Below are positions 10,747-20,214 of a stretch of DNA of 64,000 nt, piece by piece. The translations under genes were made by a program, and so were the position numbers. The notes below the pieces were generated by a model. It saw only the letters and a program-made list of their open reading frames with translations. It was not told the DNA's origin and did no database searches. The number at the start of each line of letters is the position of its first letter. The first letter of the stretch is position 1. Source of the DNA: a virus (lineage: Duplodnaviria; Heunggongvirae; Uroviricota; Caudoviricetes); the IMG/VR virus record IMGVR_UViG_2740892449_000004. One strand, given 5' to 3'.

Positions 10747-10822
10747 GCCGCGTTTCCTTCTTTCTTATTAACAATTACACCGTCATATATTTCATTAAGG
10801 TGCCCTCTCAACTCCATGCGCC

Positions 10823-11257
10823 TTAATGCAGATAACATGTAATCGCATTCAACCTGCTTATTCCCAATAAAAGGTTTATCTTCAGGGTTACCCCAACAGC
10901 AATTACCCTTGGGCCACCCATGTACTTTCCGTACTCTTCCGTTAACAACGTGAAGTAATCCCCAGCCAGGTGGTAAATCCTCAATTGAAATAATTCCCGC
11001 TCACTAATAAAGAATCGCCAGTCGCCCATTCCAAGAGACGGATTTTTACGAAAACGCTTTTTTCTATCTGCCAACAAATCAGCACGAGAACACTTCGCCT
11101 CTATCAGGCATGATGCTGAATTTCTGAACCCCATAGCATCTGGCTGTTCTCCGGTACTGGTTACAGCTATAAAGCGGTCATGAAAACAAACCTTGAACCC
11201 GTTGCGCTTAAGGAACTTGTACGCAATCTGACAGAGTTCGCGGTGTGTTAACGCCAT
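10823..11257 (-). CDS. PD-(D/E)xK nuclease-like protein (putative)
   Basis: about 145 codons from MALTHRELCQ; motif PDAMGF...CLIEAKCS. Confidence 0.4.
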   Translation of the reverse strand: MALTHRELCQIAYKFLKRNGFKVCFHDRFIAVTSTGEQPDAMGFRNSASCLIEAKCSRADLLADRKKRFRKNPSLGMGDWRFFISERELFQLRIYHLAGDYFTLLTEEYGKYMGGPRVIAVGVTLKINLLLGISRLNAITCYLH

Positions 11258-11258
11258 A

Positions 11259-11447
11259 TCACTCTCCTTTAGTGCGCAAATGGTTTTTCCAGCGGTTTTG
11301 CGCCGCGCTGGGCTTTTTGCAAAAACCACAATCCATCATCCCGTAATATTTCATCAACCCCATCCGTCGGTTGCTGAGTCTCACCCACTGCCAGACGCCA
11401 GGAGCGTTTCTACGAACTAACAGAATCTTTGCTTTACGGTTTTTCAT
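11259..11447 (-). CDS. Small basic protein (MKNRKAK family, copy 2)
   Basis: 62-aa ORF; start ATG overlaps stop of upstream paralog (ATGA). Confidence 0.35.
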   Translation of the reverse strand: MKNRKAKILLVRRNAPGVWQWVRLSNRRMGLMKYYGMMDCGFCKKPSAAQNRWKNHLRTKGE

Positions 11448-11620
11448 CTTACTGCGTACCCTTTCTTCCGCCTGTTCTGTGACGCAGTAGGCTTACGCTT
11501 TGCGGCAAAAGCCACCTGACCAAATGGATGGAGTACCGCTATCTTATGGTTGCTAATAACCAGCTCCACCACACGCACAGGTCGCTGTAAAAAAAGTCGT
11601 TTTGCCTTACGGTTTTTCAT
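11444..11620 (-). CDS. Small basic protein (MKNRKAK family, copy 1)
   Basis: 54 codons, AGGAGA ribosome-binding site 9 nt upstream; shares N-terminus MKNRKAK and C-terminal KRKP.A.QNR with copy 2; below the 60-aa ORF-track cutoff. Confidence 0.3.
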   Translation of the reverse strand: MKNRKAKRLFLQRPVRVVELVISNHKIAVLHPFGQVAFAAKRKPTASQNRRKKGYAVR

Positions 11621-11792
11621 CGCTTTGCTCTCCTGCGTCTCTTTGCTACTCGTCGTGCCGCTGCAATACCGGTATGGCGGCGCTTTGGTGCTGGGGTGAT
11701 GTTGTCAGCCATCAGGACCTGTGGCTTTGCAATTAGCGCAGAAGCCCAAAAACGAGTCGGGTACGGTAACAAGCCAATACATGCCACACGCA

Positions 11793-12281
11793 CTACTCAC
11801 CTCCGTTGATGCGAATGCCTGTTGCAATGCTGTTTATGATGCTGTCAGTGCATGGGGTAGAAAGCTGGGCATCTCCAGCAATTTTCATAACATCAACATC
11901 TGCATATCGAATACCGAGGTGTATCAGACCGGCTATACCTGACTTAAGCCGAGCATTTTCCATAAACAGATCCTTTGCCCGCTGTTTTTCTGCCTCAAGC
12001 TCAACGCGCAACTTCCCTACCGTTAGCGCAATATCCTCGTTCTCCTGGTCGCGGCGTTTGATGTATTGCTGGTTTCTTTCCCGTTCATCCAGAAGCGCCA
12101 GCACGGTTTCTGGTCCGGTCAGAAATTTGAAGGCGTTGAGCGCATCAATATCCACACCGTAATCTTTAAGTTCCTGTTCACTTAACAAATCATCATCAGC
12201 TGGCAACATTAACAGGCGTTCCATTGCTGGAATTGCACGTTCCGCCGCCTCACGCAGTGCCTGGTAATTAATTTCGCTCAC
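11793..12281 (-). CDS. Ea22-like modular protein (GTG start)
   Basis: 162-aa ORF starting (V)SEINYQALREAA, GTGA overlap with upstream stop. Confidence 0.5.
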   Translation of the reverse strand: MSEINYQALREAAERAIPAMERLLMLPADDDLLSEQELKDYGVDIDALNAFKFLTGPETVLALLDERERNQQYIKRRDQENEDIALTVGKLRVELEAEKQRAKDLFMENARLKSGIAGLIHLGIRYADVDVMKIAGDAQLSTPCTDSIINSIATGIRINGGE

Positions 12282-12925
12282 TGGTTGCCTCCTTTGCGAA
12301 GCTCAGCGGCGAAGGCTACTGCGTGATCATGATGTTCAAGTGTGTATGCACACTCCGCAAACATCTCCACGCCCTGCGCCCGTACTTCAGCCAGGAAAGC
12401 ATCGGTGGCTGGCATATTTCCTGTTGCCTTCATGGCCTCCAAAATAACCAGAACGCCATCTCGCCCAACCACCTCAGCGATAACCTCGGTGTTGTCGCCA
12501 ACAACATCGCAGAATGCCTGAACTGCCTTACGAGCCAGCTCATTCTCCACTGCCAGCGCCGTGCGATTACCCTCCAGCTCTGCAATGCGCTGTTTTGCGG
12601 CATCCAGTTCAATCGACAATTTTTCCAACTGCTCTTGATGCTTCTTGTATTCCTGATATGCGTGCCAAGACTGACCTTTGCGCACACTATCAGTGATATC
12701 AGTAATCTGTTCTGGTGTTAGCGTGGTCAGTGGCTGTGATGGGAAAATAAGCACTTTCCCGGAATCCCAATCAAAACCAGCGTGAATTGACTGAACCTCA
12801 ACTGAAGGTGTTGAACCAATGCTGCCAGGCGAATGAACAACGATTGTTACATCCATATCGCGACGATGGCTGTGGTTGTTGGACAAAATACGATTCACCA
12901 ACTCAGAAAATTTGGAAAATTTCAT
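12278..12925 (-). CDS. Ea22-like modular protein
   Basis: 215-aa ORF ending AELRKGGNQ; shares ATDAFLAE.RA segment with 13209..13910. Confidence 0.5.
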   Translation of the reverse strand: MKFSKFSELVNRILSNNHSHRRDMDVTIVVHSPGSIGSTPSVEVQSIHAGFDWDSGKVLIFPSQPLTTLTPEQITDITDSVRKGQSWHAYQEYKKHQEQLEKLSIELDAAKQRIAELEGNRTALAVENELARKAVQAFCDVVGDNTEVIAEVVGRDGVLVILEAMKATGNMPATDAFLAEVRAQGVEMFAECAYTLEHHDHAVAFAAELRKGGNQ

Positions 12926-13212
12926 GCTGATTCCCCTTTCTCTGCTCTCTCCTGTCGGAACATCACTATCATCAGGTCGCCTTTTGTCGCTATCCTGGCT
13001 GTTGTACCTGGTTCAATGCGGCTAAGCTCAAATGCGTCATAGAACGCTTCTAATGCCTTCTGGCGTAGTTCCTGTTTGCGCCGTTTTTTCCACTGTTTTA
13101 GGAAAATGGAACCCAGCCATCGCCATGTACGGGACATGATGTAAAGCCAACCGAGAAGTGCCAGACCGGTATTTAGGAGCGTATCGATCGTTATTGTCGT
13201 GTCGATATTCAC
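12922..13212 (-). CDS. Small membrane protein (GTG start)
   Basis: about 96 codons from (V)NIDTTITID with AAGGAAG ribosome-binding site; one TM helix. Confidence 0.4.
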   Translation of the reverse strand: MNIDTTITIDTLLNTGLALLGWLYIMSRTWRWLGSIFLKQWKKRRKQELRQKALEAFYDAFELSRIEPGTTARIATKGDLMIVMFRQERAEKGESA

Positions 13213-13910
13213 TGGCTGCTTCCTTTGCGAATCTGTTCCGCCCATTCTTCAAGGGATTTCTCCGCATATTCACCAGACAGGCCATCAATCGGATGCGCTT
13301 CATTAGCCAACTCTTCTTTCGCTGACAAAATCATGCGTGTAACGTCGAAAACTTCACGCAAAGACTTATTGATAAATCCGTGATTGAACGCAGCAGCAAG
13401 ACGGCTGGCGGTATAGTTAATCCCCTCGTTGCGTGCTTCCGCACGAATTTCAGCCAGAAAAGCATCGGTAGCTGGAGTTTCGCTGTGGTGTAGGGCATCG
13501 TTGATAATCATTGCAGCAACACCAGCCTGCCCTGCATCCGTGACCGACACATGCTCAAGAGTTACGGCCATTGCGTGTTTCAGCCCGGCGTTCTCTGCCA
13601 CCAGCGCCGCGAGCTTAGTCTCAAGCGGTGCTATTCGGCACATAGCATCAATATTTGTGTCCTCCAGGCGCTTAATTTCACCAAGTAGCGCCAGTGCAAC
13701 CTTTGGGTTGAATGCGGCAACATAACGAGCGTTGTTCTCTGCGTTTTTCAGCCCATCAAAGCCGGTCCATTTGATAACATCTTCACATCGTTTATCACCG
13801 GGCGTATGCACCGCATACGTACCAGTACCCGGCGAAATAAATGCGACCCATTCGCCCTGTGTTGCCTGTTTTGCTATCTCACGCAGTGCCCGGTAATTAA
13901 TTTTGCTCAC
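13209..13910 (-). CDS. Ea22-like modular protein (GTG start)
   Basis: about 233 codons from (V)SKINYRALREIA, ends EQIRKGSSQ. Confidence 0.5.
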   Translation of the reverse strand: MSKINYRALREIAKQATQGEWVAFISPGTGTYAVHTPGDKRCEDVIKWTGFDGLKNAENNARYVAAFNPKVALALLGEIKRLEDTNIDAMCRIAPLETKLAALVAENAGLKHAMAVTLEHVSVTDAGQAGVAAMIINDALHHSETPATDAFLAEIRAEARNEGINYTASRLAAAFNHGFINKSLREVFDVTRMILSAKEELANEAHPIDGLSGEYAEKSLEEWAEQIRKGSSQ

Positions 13911-14146
13911 TGGCTGCCTCCTTTGCGGAGTTGCGCTTCGATGCACGAAAAAAAAGACTCCCGAGTATGACTGTTAAGAGCTGGTGCGAACGCCGCGTTA
14001 AGAACGGCAGCATCACAGCCGTCATCAATATAGAGCGCAATTTTTTTCTCCAGGCGCGCTTTGGCTTCCTGCAACTGCATACCCCGGCACGCACGCGGGA
14101 TATAATCAGCAATTTGAGCGATAGCTTTTTCGTTCTGTTTAAACAT
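13907..14146 (-). CDS. Small protein ending LRKGGSQ
   Basis: 79-aa ORF, C-terminal motif shared with downstream paralogs. Confidence 0.45.
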   Translation of the reverse strand: MFKQNEKAIAQIADYIPRACRGMQLQEAKARLEKKIALYIDDGCDAAVLNAAFAPALNSHTRESFFSCIEAQLRKGGSQ

Positions 14147-14342
14147 GCTTCACCTCGATAGGCTTGATGGTGTCTAACAGCAGTCGACGGCGCGTATTTT
14201 CTGCAAAGTGGCGGCGTCCGGTATCTTTGTGGTAAAACTCATTTTTGCCGACGACCCACATCCGCTCTGTTTGGTGCAGTTTTTTTACCTGCGGACCGTC
14301 TTTGGTGATCACGGTGCCGGTATGGGTTTTTACGATTGTCAT
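14139..14342 (-). CDS. Hypothetical small protein
   Basis: 67-aa ORF, 8-nt overlap with next gene. Confidence 0.35.
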   Translation of the reverse strand: MTIVKTHTGTVITKDGPQVKKLHQTERMWVVGKNEFYHKDTGRRHFAENTRRRLLLDTIKPIEVKHV

Positions 14343-14425
14343 GCCACTACCTATTCGAACAGATGAACGAGACAGGCTGATGCTCGTCCACCTGAAAAAC
14401 TGACGATTTGATGCATACTCACGGT

Positions 14426-15154
14426 TTATTCCTGAATGCGCTTAAACTCGATTACCCACACCCAGGGATTAGCGTTCCAGCTTTCTTCACCATAGATGGA
14501 TTCCCACAGGCGCTGGAACGCAACCTTGGCCATTGCGAAATCCCCCTTGGGAGTAAGGAATGTTCCCGGGTGATCAGGAAGCAAACTTCCAGCAGGCGGA
14601 ACGCCCTCAGCCCTTGCATCGCATTCGCTGATATCGTTCAACCGTTCAACGCGCACGTTGGTAATTTCCAACAGAATGCGTGATGCCCATCGCGGCATGT
14701 GAATTGATGGACGCCACCCACCATCAAACTTTTCATTCACAGTGTGAGGTTTCCAGTCGGCATCATCGGGTATCGACCATAAGCCGTAATCACCAGGTTT
14801 TTGCTCGCAACTGGCCCGATAAATCCTTGCTGCGTTCTTCTCATCGCCACGACAAAGGTTGTCGTTCCAGTCCACACTGCAACCATCCTCATTGCCTAAT
14901 ATCGCCCATGTTTCACGAACCCAAATTCGATCGCCGACGATACCAAAGGGGCAATTGAAAACACTGCTTACACCATCAGCCCCGTACCACTGAAAACCTG
15001 CACCAATTTCCCTAACCATCACTGGTGCTTCTGGACCAACTTCCGCAGGCTGATTTTTCATTATCCGCCGCGTCTGCGTTTTCCTTCCTTCGAGGATGGC
15101 TCGGACCATCTCATCGTTGAAAATCATGCCGCGCTCTTTCACTTCGCCTTTCAT
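14426..15154 (-). CDS. Hypothetical protein
   Basis: 242-aa ORF with AAGGGGGA ribosome-binding site. Confidence 0.55.
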   Translation of the reverse strand: MKGEVKERGMIFNDEMVRAILEGRKTQTRRIMKNQPAEVGPEAPVMVREIGAGFQWYGADGVSSVFNCPFGIVGDRIWVRETWAILGNEDGCSVDWNDNLCRGDEKNAARIYRASCEQKPGDYGLWSIPDDADWKPHTVNEKFDGGWRPSIHMPRWASRILLEITNVRVERLNDISECDARAEGVPPAGSLLPDHPGTFLTPKGDFAMAKVAFQRLWESIYGEESWNANPWVWVIEFKRIQE

Positions 15155-15163
15155 GCATCCCCC

Positions 15164-15250
15164 TTACCCATGCGCGACGATGCCGCCAAAAGTGATAGAG
15201 AACAGCCAGAAATAGATCGCGGCCATAATGATTTTGAATGCCGTGTTCAT
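15164..15250 (-). CDS. 28-codon hydrophobic peptide (candidate small membrane toxin or leader peptide)
   Basis: ATG with AGGAG 8 nt upstream; MNTAFKIIMAAIYFWLFSITFGGIVAHG; stop 9 nt before next gene; below ORF-track cutoff. Confidence 0.35.
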   Translation of the reverse strand: MNTAFKIIMAAIYFWLFSITFGGIVAHG

Positions 15251-15278
15251 ATTTTCAGCTCCTGTGATTGATTAGATA

Positions 15279-15309
15279 CATGCCGCGCCTTGCGGCATGT
15301 TTTTATTTT
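15279..15309 (+). terminator. Rho-independent terminator on plus strand (antisense to leftward operon)
   Basis: CATGCCGC-GCCTT-GCGGCATG hairpin followed by TTTTTATTTT on the plus strand only. Confidence 0.5.
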
Positions 15310-15332
15310 CACTTTCCCTGCTTTAAAAATCA

Positions 15333-15349
15333 AGATTTATTAGAGCAAT
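15333..15349 (-). promoter_or_regulatory. C1 operator
   Basis: reverse complement ATTGCTCTAATAAATCT, 16/17. Confidence 0.5.
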
Positions 15350-15855
15350 TACTGCTGATGAAGAAGCGCATTTTCATACTCCCTGACCATTAACGTAAGC
15401 ACGCCGTGTCTCCTGAAAACACGCGCCACTTCAATCTTATCTTCCAGCGCGAACGCAATTTTACTTAGACCAATTTTCTTAAGGAGATCAATCTTTGCTG
15501 GGCCGTCATTTCTGTCATCGGTGGCAGGGCGCATAGATAGCAAAGGCTCAGCCCCGTTTGTTACGTACTTCCGCAGCCAAGCTCGTGTTTTATCCCTTGC
15601 GATCTCACAGCGCCCGGTTACAAACCAGACCGTGTAAACGTTAAATAACTGGCGCACAATATCAATAACTGGAGTTATGGGAGTATCAGTGTCACAGGCG
15701 AGATTAAACTCGTTCCAGTCCTTTGTTAATGCACCTTTACCTGGTGGCGGAAGCAAATGCAGTCTGTCTTCCGTTGCCTCCGATATTGTTCCATCAATAT
15801 CGACTATGACGATATACGGACGTTCCTGGTGTGCGTGTTTATTGAAAATACTCAA
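15349..15855 (-). CDS. HAD-superfamily phosphatase-like protein
   Basis: 168-aa ORF with HAD motif I (IVDIDGT). Confidence 0.55.
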   Translation of the reverse strand: MSIFNKHAHQERPYIVIVDIDGTISEATEDRLHLLPPPGKGALTKDWNEFNLACDTDTPITPVIDIVRQLFNVYTVWFVTGRCEIARDKTRAWLRKYVTNGAEPLLSMRPATDDRNDGPAKIDLLKKIGLSKIAFALEDKIEVARVFRRHGVLTLMVREYENALLHQQ

Positions 15856-15928
15856 ATGCCCTCCTCATTGGACGAAAAAAATGCTGGTGGGACGCACTCC
15901 ACCAGCATTAAAAGTGACACTGTAACTA

Positions 15929-17191
15929 TCAGCGAACGTAAATAGTGCCGCCGTTCTCTTTTTCCCATGCATCGCTACGTGCATAGCAAACATCGAGAAG
16001 TCTTCTTGCCGCAGTTTCCTCTAAACTCAATTCGACAACCAACTGCTCATGACGGCGGGTAACCACATCAAACAGGGTATGCAGCCCTTTAGTTGCCAGA
16101 TCATCAATGAATTCCGGTTCGAACGGCAGCTCTGCATCTGCCAACATAACCTCTTGCGCCCACTCAACTCGACGGACCAGTTCCGGGCGGCGGCTTTCCA
16201 TCTCTTTACAGATCAATTCATGGAAGAACTCTACCCAACCTTCCGGCTGGAACTCGCGGAAAATGGCCAACGGCTGGAAGTTTGGCATCAACCATTCGTT
16301 GATCCGGATATCAATGGCATAGCCCATGTCGCAGCAGAACTGATAAGCAAAGTCCAGCTTAGAAACGATATAAGGACGCTCGTTATTGAACTCTTTAGGC
16401 GATGAGATCCCATAAGCCAGGAGGCGCGGGAAGAAGGAGATTTGCCCTAACGTCGGGTGAAGTTTGCTTGCAGGGAAACGGCGCTCAGTAATGCCATACA
16501 TTTCCTTCTTGAGCGTCGCAAATTTGGCATTCTCATTAACCAGCGCGGTAACCTCTGCTTTTTTATTAGCAAATGCCACGCGCGCTTCGCTTGCATCTTT
16601 AATAGTTTTTTTGAGCTGTTGGTTAAGGTCGGCGACCTGCTTACGCAGTTCCTGTCGCTCGCTTTTAGCTTTGTTATAGCGTTTCTCAAGGTTAAAAGGA
16701 TCAAGTTTCATGATCTCTTTATATTGAGATTTTAGCGTTGAAATCTGTGAGTTCCGCAGTTCAACCATCGCGGTCATTTCATTGAGTTTTGTTTCCAGCT
16801 CAATGCTTATACGTTCGGCATTATCAGCACGCTGGTTGGCGTCATGCGTCGCATCGTCGATCGCGTCCTGTTGCTGGCGTTTCAAATGTTCAATTTGCAG
16901 CTGAAGCTCTTCAATTTCTTTACCCTTCAGACCGAGATCCAACTGCATATTTTCAGCTGCATCGACCAGGGAGTTATGGCTATCAGCTTCTGCGTTATAA
17001 ACATCAATAAGCTGTGCGTGAAGCATCTCCGCTGACTGAACCGCATTATCAAAAAAACGTGCTGTGAGGTCATCACAACTAACGCGGCGTTGCGCGGCCC
17101 GGATGTTCTGGATAATGGCCGGGATACCGGCATTCAGGACATCAGGGATAGATACATTTTCGATTGATTGGTTTTGTGCTGAAGTGCTCAT
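15929..17191 (-). CDS. Coiled-coil protein, unknown function
   Basis: 420-aa ORF with long heptad-rich central region. Confidence 0.55.
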   Translation of the reverse strand: MSTSAQNQSIENVSIPDVLNAGIPAIIQNIRAAQRRVSCDDLTARFFDNAVQSAEMLHAQLIDVYNAEADSHNSLVDAAENMQLDLGLKGKEIEELQLQIEHLKRQQQDAIDDATHDANQRADNAERISIELETKLNEMTAMVELRNSQISTLKSQYKEIMKLDPFNLEKRYNKAKSERQELRKQVADLNQQLKKTIKDASEARVAFANKKAEVTALVNENAKFATLKKEMYGITERRFPASKLHPTLGQISFFPRLLAYGISSPKEFNNERPYIVSKLDFAYQFCCDMGYAIDIRINEWLMPNFQPLAIFREFQPEGWVEFFHELICKEMESRRPELVRRVEWAQEVMLADAELPFEPEFIDDLATKGLHTLFDVVTRRHEQLVVELSLEETAARRLLDVCYARSDAWEKENGGTIYVR

Positions 17192-17192
17192 T

Positions 17193-17411
17193 TCAAAGTT
17201 CCGTATTAGCTTGTGCTTCGGTCATTTTTCCTAAGTATGAAGGTGGAAGGACTACGCAATTTGTATCCAGTCCCTCACCTATGGCAGCCTGTAAAATTCT
17301 GGCTAAGGTGAGTCTCTTGTTGCGATACCTGGTGATGACATGCCTGATACCGCCGGTCGGCGTAACAAAGGCGATCAGCCAGTAGTGATATTTCCGTCGG
17401 AATGGCCACAT
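17193..17411 (-). CDS. Hypothetical small protein
   Basis: 72-aa ORF ending 2 nt before next gene start. Confidence 0.4.
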   Translation of the reverse strand: MWPFRRKYHYWLIAFVTPTGGIRHVITRYRNKRLTLARILQAAIGEGLDTNCVVLPPSYLGKMTEAQANTEL

Positions 17412-17425
17412 AGTGCACCTTGTAG

Positions 17426-17491
17426 ATTGCTCTAATAAAAAACGTGATGAGTGTACATCACGTTTTAAAAATATGGAATTATTAGAGCAAT
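17426..17491. promoter_or_regulatory. Divergent pair of C1 operators flanking a 24-bp palindrome
   Basis: ATTGCTCTAATAAAAAA (17426-17442, plus) and operator in reverse at 17475-17491, around AACGTGATGAGTGTACATCACGTT. Confidence 0.5.
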
Positions 17492-17492
17492 A

Positions 17493-18194
17493 TTATTCTG
17501 ATTCTCGCTCAAAAAATGAGCTGATAAGGGGAAGCCAATCCTCTGACACTTCGCGAGGTCGCGGTTTGCCGTGGAAAAAGATTATTCGGCAGTCTTTTGG
17601 TAATGCCCCATTCCCCCTGGAGTAACGCGCGCTCGCATATTTCGAACCAGGTTCCACAACATCGGCCTTGTAACTTACAAACCATCCCGGATACAGATCC
17701 TGAAATGCTGGTGTATCATCACCCATAACCTTCCGCAAAAACCCCTGATCACCCCAGCATTCAGTAGTAACACAACGAGCAATCCAACCTTCCGGATCTT
17801 GCCAGAATGCACTCCAGATATGCGCTTTTACACTATTTGGTATCCACAGGGCACCGCTGCCACGATATTGTGGATGGTAAAAATCCCTAAGCATGGTGAA
17901 GCTGGTTGGTGGATGCTCTAGGATTGGGCGTATATCACCGGCAATAACCGTGTCCAAATCCAGATAGAACAGATCATCGGTTATATCCGGTCGGAACAAC
18001 TCTATTTTCGCCCACCAGCCACGGCACTTTTGCCACTGGTTGATCAATGGGACAACTTTGACGCCAGGTACATGTAAACGCTTCAGGTCTGTCAGGCAAA
18101 TAATTTCATAGCCTTTTGGCAGTTGATTAACCAGCCACTGCACATCGGAAGCGTTATAGTCACCACCAGAGCGAAAAACTAAAGCAATCTTCAT
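17493..18194 (-). CDS. Hypothetical protein
   Basis: 233-aa ORF; ATGA overlap with ppp stop. Confidence 0.55.
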   Translation of the reverse strand: MKIALVFRSGGDYNASDVQWLVNQLPKGYEIICLTDLKRLHVPGVKVVPLINQWQKCRGWWAKIELFRPDITDDLFYLDLDTVIAGDIRPILEHPPTSFTMLRDFYHPQYRGSGALWIPNSVKAHIWSAFWQDPEGWIARCVTTECWGDQGFLRKVMGDDTPAFQDLYPGWFVSYKADVVEPGSKYASARYSRGNGALPKDCRIIFFHGKPRPREVSEDWLPLISSFFERESE

Positions 18195-18882
18195 GCTGCA
18201 CCATCACCTTTCACTTTCATCAATGTCAGGTTTCCGCAAAATACGGCACCAGTGTCGATATACTGCTGATTCCAGAATGTCTTCGGGCTTTTCACCGGAG
18301 TGTGACCAAAGATAAAACGATCTGCGCCCGAAATTTCGCCACCAATATCATCCATCGAATCACTGATACGCTCGCGCGCCCAGACAACGTTGAAAAGCGG
18401 CACCTCCTTACCGAATTGGTATTCATTATCCGGATAGTCGGCATGGGCTATAACGATAGTTTCTTGCCCGGTGTTCAACTCAATGATATAGGCAGATGCT
18501 TTACCAGCTCCACCAGCGCCCAGGCTAATATTTCCTGATCAGTGTCCAGCATGAAGAACCATTGTCCGCCATTCATTAGCCAGTTATTCACGTTGCCATC
18601 TGGACTTAACGCATCAATCATCAGCCGCTCATGGTTCCCCATCACTGCCCTGAACCAGGGCATCTGCAATAGTTCCAGACATTCGACATTTTCAGTACCG
18701 CGATCGATAAGGTCGCCGACCGATATCAGTAAATCCTGCGCCGGGTCAAAATCCACACGATGGAGTTCGGACATCAGTCTGGTGTAGCAACCATGCAGAT
18801 CACCAACAACCCAGACATTCCTGTATTTGGTACCGTCGATACGGTGATAAATTGTGGGTGCCATCATGTATTCTTCAGCCAT
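18191..18882 (-). CDS. ppp: Ser/Thr protein phosphatase (lambda PP-like), frameshifted near 18515-18524
   Basis: N-part GDLHGC...GDLIDRG...GNHE and C-part HADYP...[12 protein letters not shown] align to lambda phosphatase but sit in two frames; one base missing at GCCTGGGCG. Confidence 0.75.
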
Positions 18883-19490
18883 TCTTTAAGAGTCATCTGC
18901 GGAATACCTCCCATTTTCCCGCATGAAACAACGTCAATCCGTTCACGCGCAGACTGGAATAACAAAGGCAGGTGACTTAGATTTTTTGGCGTGCCGCCGG
19001 AGTGAACGCGTGGTTCTTGTGTAGCGTCAACGCCCACCAGGGCGACATGTTTGAATCCGATATGGAAAGCCAGGTTCAGAGCGCCATATGCACTATTGCC
19101 GCTGGCAATTTCATTCTCATCTTCGCAAAGTCCGAAATGTGCGGACCAGCGCCACGCCCACCACTCGGGAGAATTCGTATTTTTTGGCTCCATGCCACGT
19201 TCAGCCACACGACGGAAGCACAGAACGCCGTCTCTGACTTCACGTTCTTTAACATCGGGTAGTGCCATGCAATAACAAACACCACGGCGACGGCGGCCAC
19301 GACCAACGCGCCGCATATTGTCTGGCGATGGATCAAGTGTGAAAAAATAAGAAGCGCGGTTCAGCCAGTCGATGGCCCCATTGACCGCTATAATCGGCAC
19401 TCCGCGCGGCGCAACAAAGTTTGCGGCGCTTGGGCCACTGCCGACGATAATAACGCGATCACTGCCTCTAAATTTATTCTTGGGAAACAT
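18864..19490 (-). CDS. Hypothetical protein, GSGPS-motif paralog B
   Basis: 208-aa [12 protein letters not shown]...IIAVN...VALVGVD; paralog of 19388..20050. Confidence 0.5.
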   Translation of the reverse strand: MFPKNKFRGSDRVIIVGSGPSAANFVAPRGVPIIAVNGAIDWLNRASYFFTLDPSPDNMRRVGRGRRRRGVCYCMALPDVKEREVRDGVLCFRRVAERGMEPKNTNSPEWWAWRWSAHFGLCEDENEIASGNSAYGALNLAFHIGFKHVALVGVDATQEPRVHSGGTPKNLSHLPLLFQSARERIDVVSCGKMGGIPQMTLKEWLKNT

Positions 19491-20050
19491 TGAATTGCAC
19501 TGCTCCTACTTGCATTCAAAATATGTAAATCTGCGTGTTTTTTGCGGGTATCCAGGAACTGCTGTTGCCATTTTGAAATAGACACCTGCGTTGGATTCCG
19601 TAGGGCTTGAGGGTGCGCGCCATGCCAATGAAGGCCGTTTTGCAGAGAACAGTCATAGCCGACTAATACAACTACTTCAGCCCCTGATTCAGCAGCCAGA
19701 CTGATAGCCTGCGCGCCGCTATTTACCCCTTCCGCCGGTCCACAATATCGCCTGTACTCCAACGAAAATGATTTCGCCGCCGCCAGGTTGGCTGTCACTT
19801 TGCGGAATTTCCCTCCCGGTATGGTGGATCCGTATTGCTTCCACCATGACAAATCACCGGCGTATAAGGCATAAATGTCATCGAACATCTGCCAGGAATT
19901 GTTAACCGCGATGATTGAACAGCCAGTTTTTTCTATAGCAGCACAGTCCTCACGAGTGAGTGACGGACCGCTACCGACACAAAAAACAGTCCTAGTCGCC
20001 CTGGGTGGTATGTTCATTCTCAGCTGCAAATTCAGCCTCCAGGCGAGCAT
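19388..20050 (-). CDS. Hypothetical protein, GSGPS-motif paralog A
   Basis: 220-aa ORF, VFCVGSGPS...IIAVN...VVLVGYD; 3' end overlaps paralog B by about 100 nt. Confidence 0.5.
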   Translation of the reverse strand: MLAWRLNLQLRMNIPPRATRTVFCVGSGPSLTREDCAAIEKTGCSIIAVNNSWQMFDDIYALYAGDLSWWKQYGSTIPGGKFRKVTANLAAAKSFSLEYRRYCGPAEGVNSGAQAISLAAESGAEVVVLVGYDCSLQNGLHWHGAHPQALRNPTQVSISKWQQQFLDTRKKHADLHILNASRSSAIQCFPRINLEAVIALLSSAVAQAPQTLLRRAECRL

Positions 20051-20191
20051 TCATTTCAGCGATTACCGGGTCCACTACAGCATCTGCTTCCTGTTCATTA
20101 CGCGGCATGATCGATGCCAGCGATTCATAATTAGCCTTGGATGACACGATTATTCTCCCGATGTTAATGTGCGCTGTATCAAAGATACACA

Positions 20192-20208
20192 TATGCACTA
20201 ATTAATTT
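20192..20208 (+). promoter_or_regulatory. Degenerate C1 operator-like site
   Basis: TATGCACTAATTAATTT, 13/17. Confidence 0.3.
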
Positions 20209-20214
20209 ATTATT

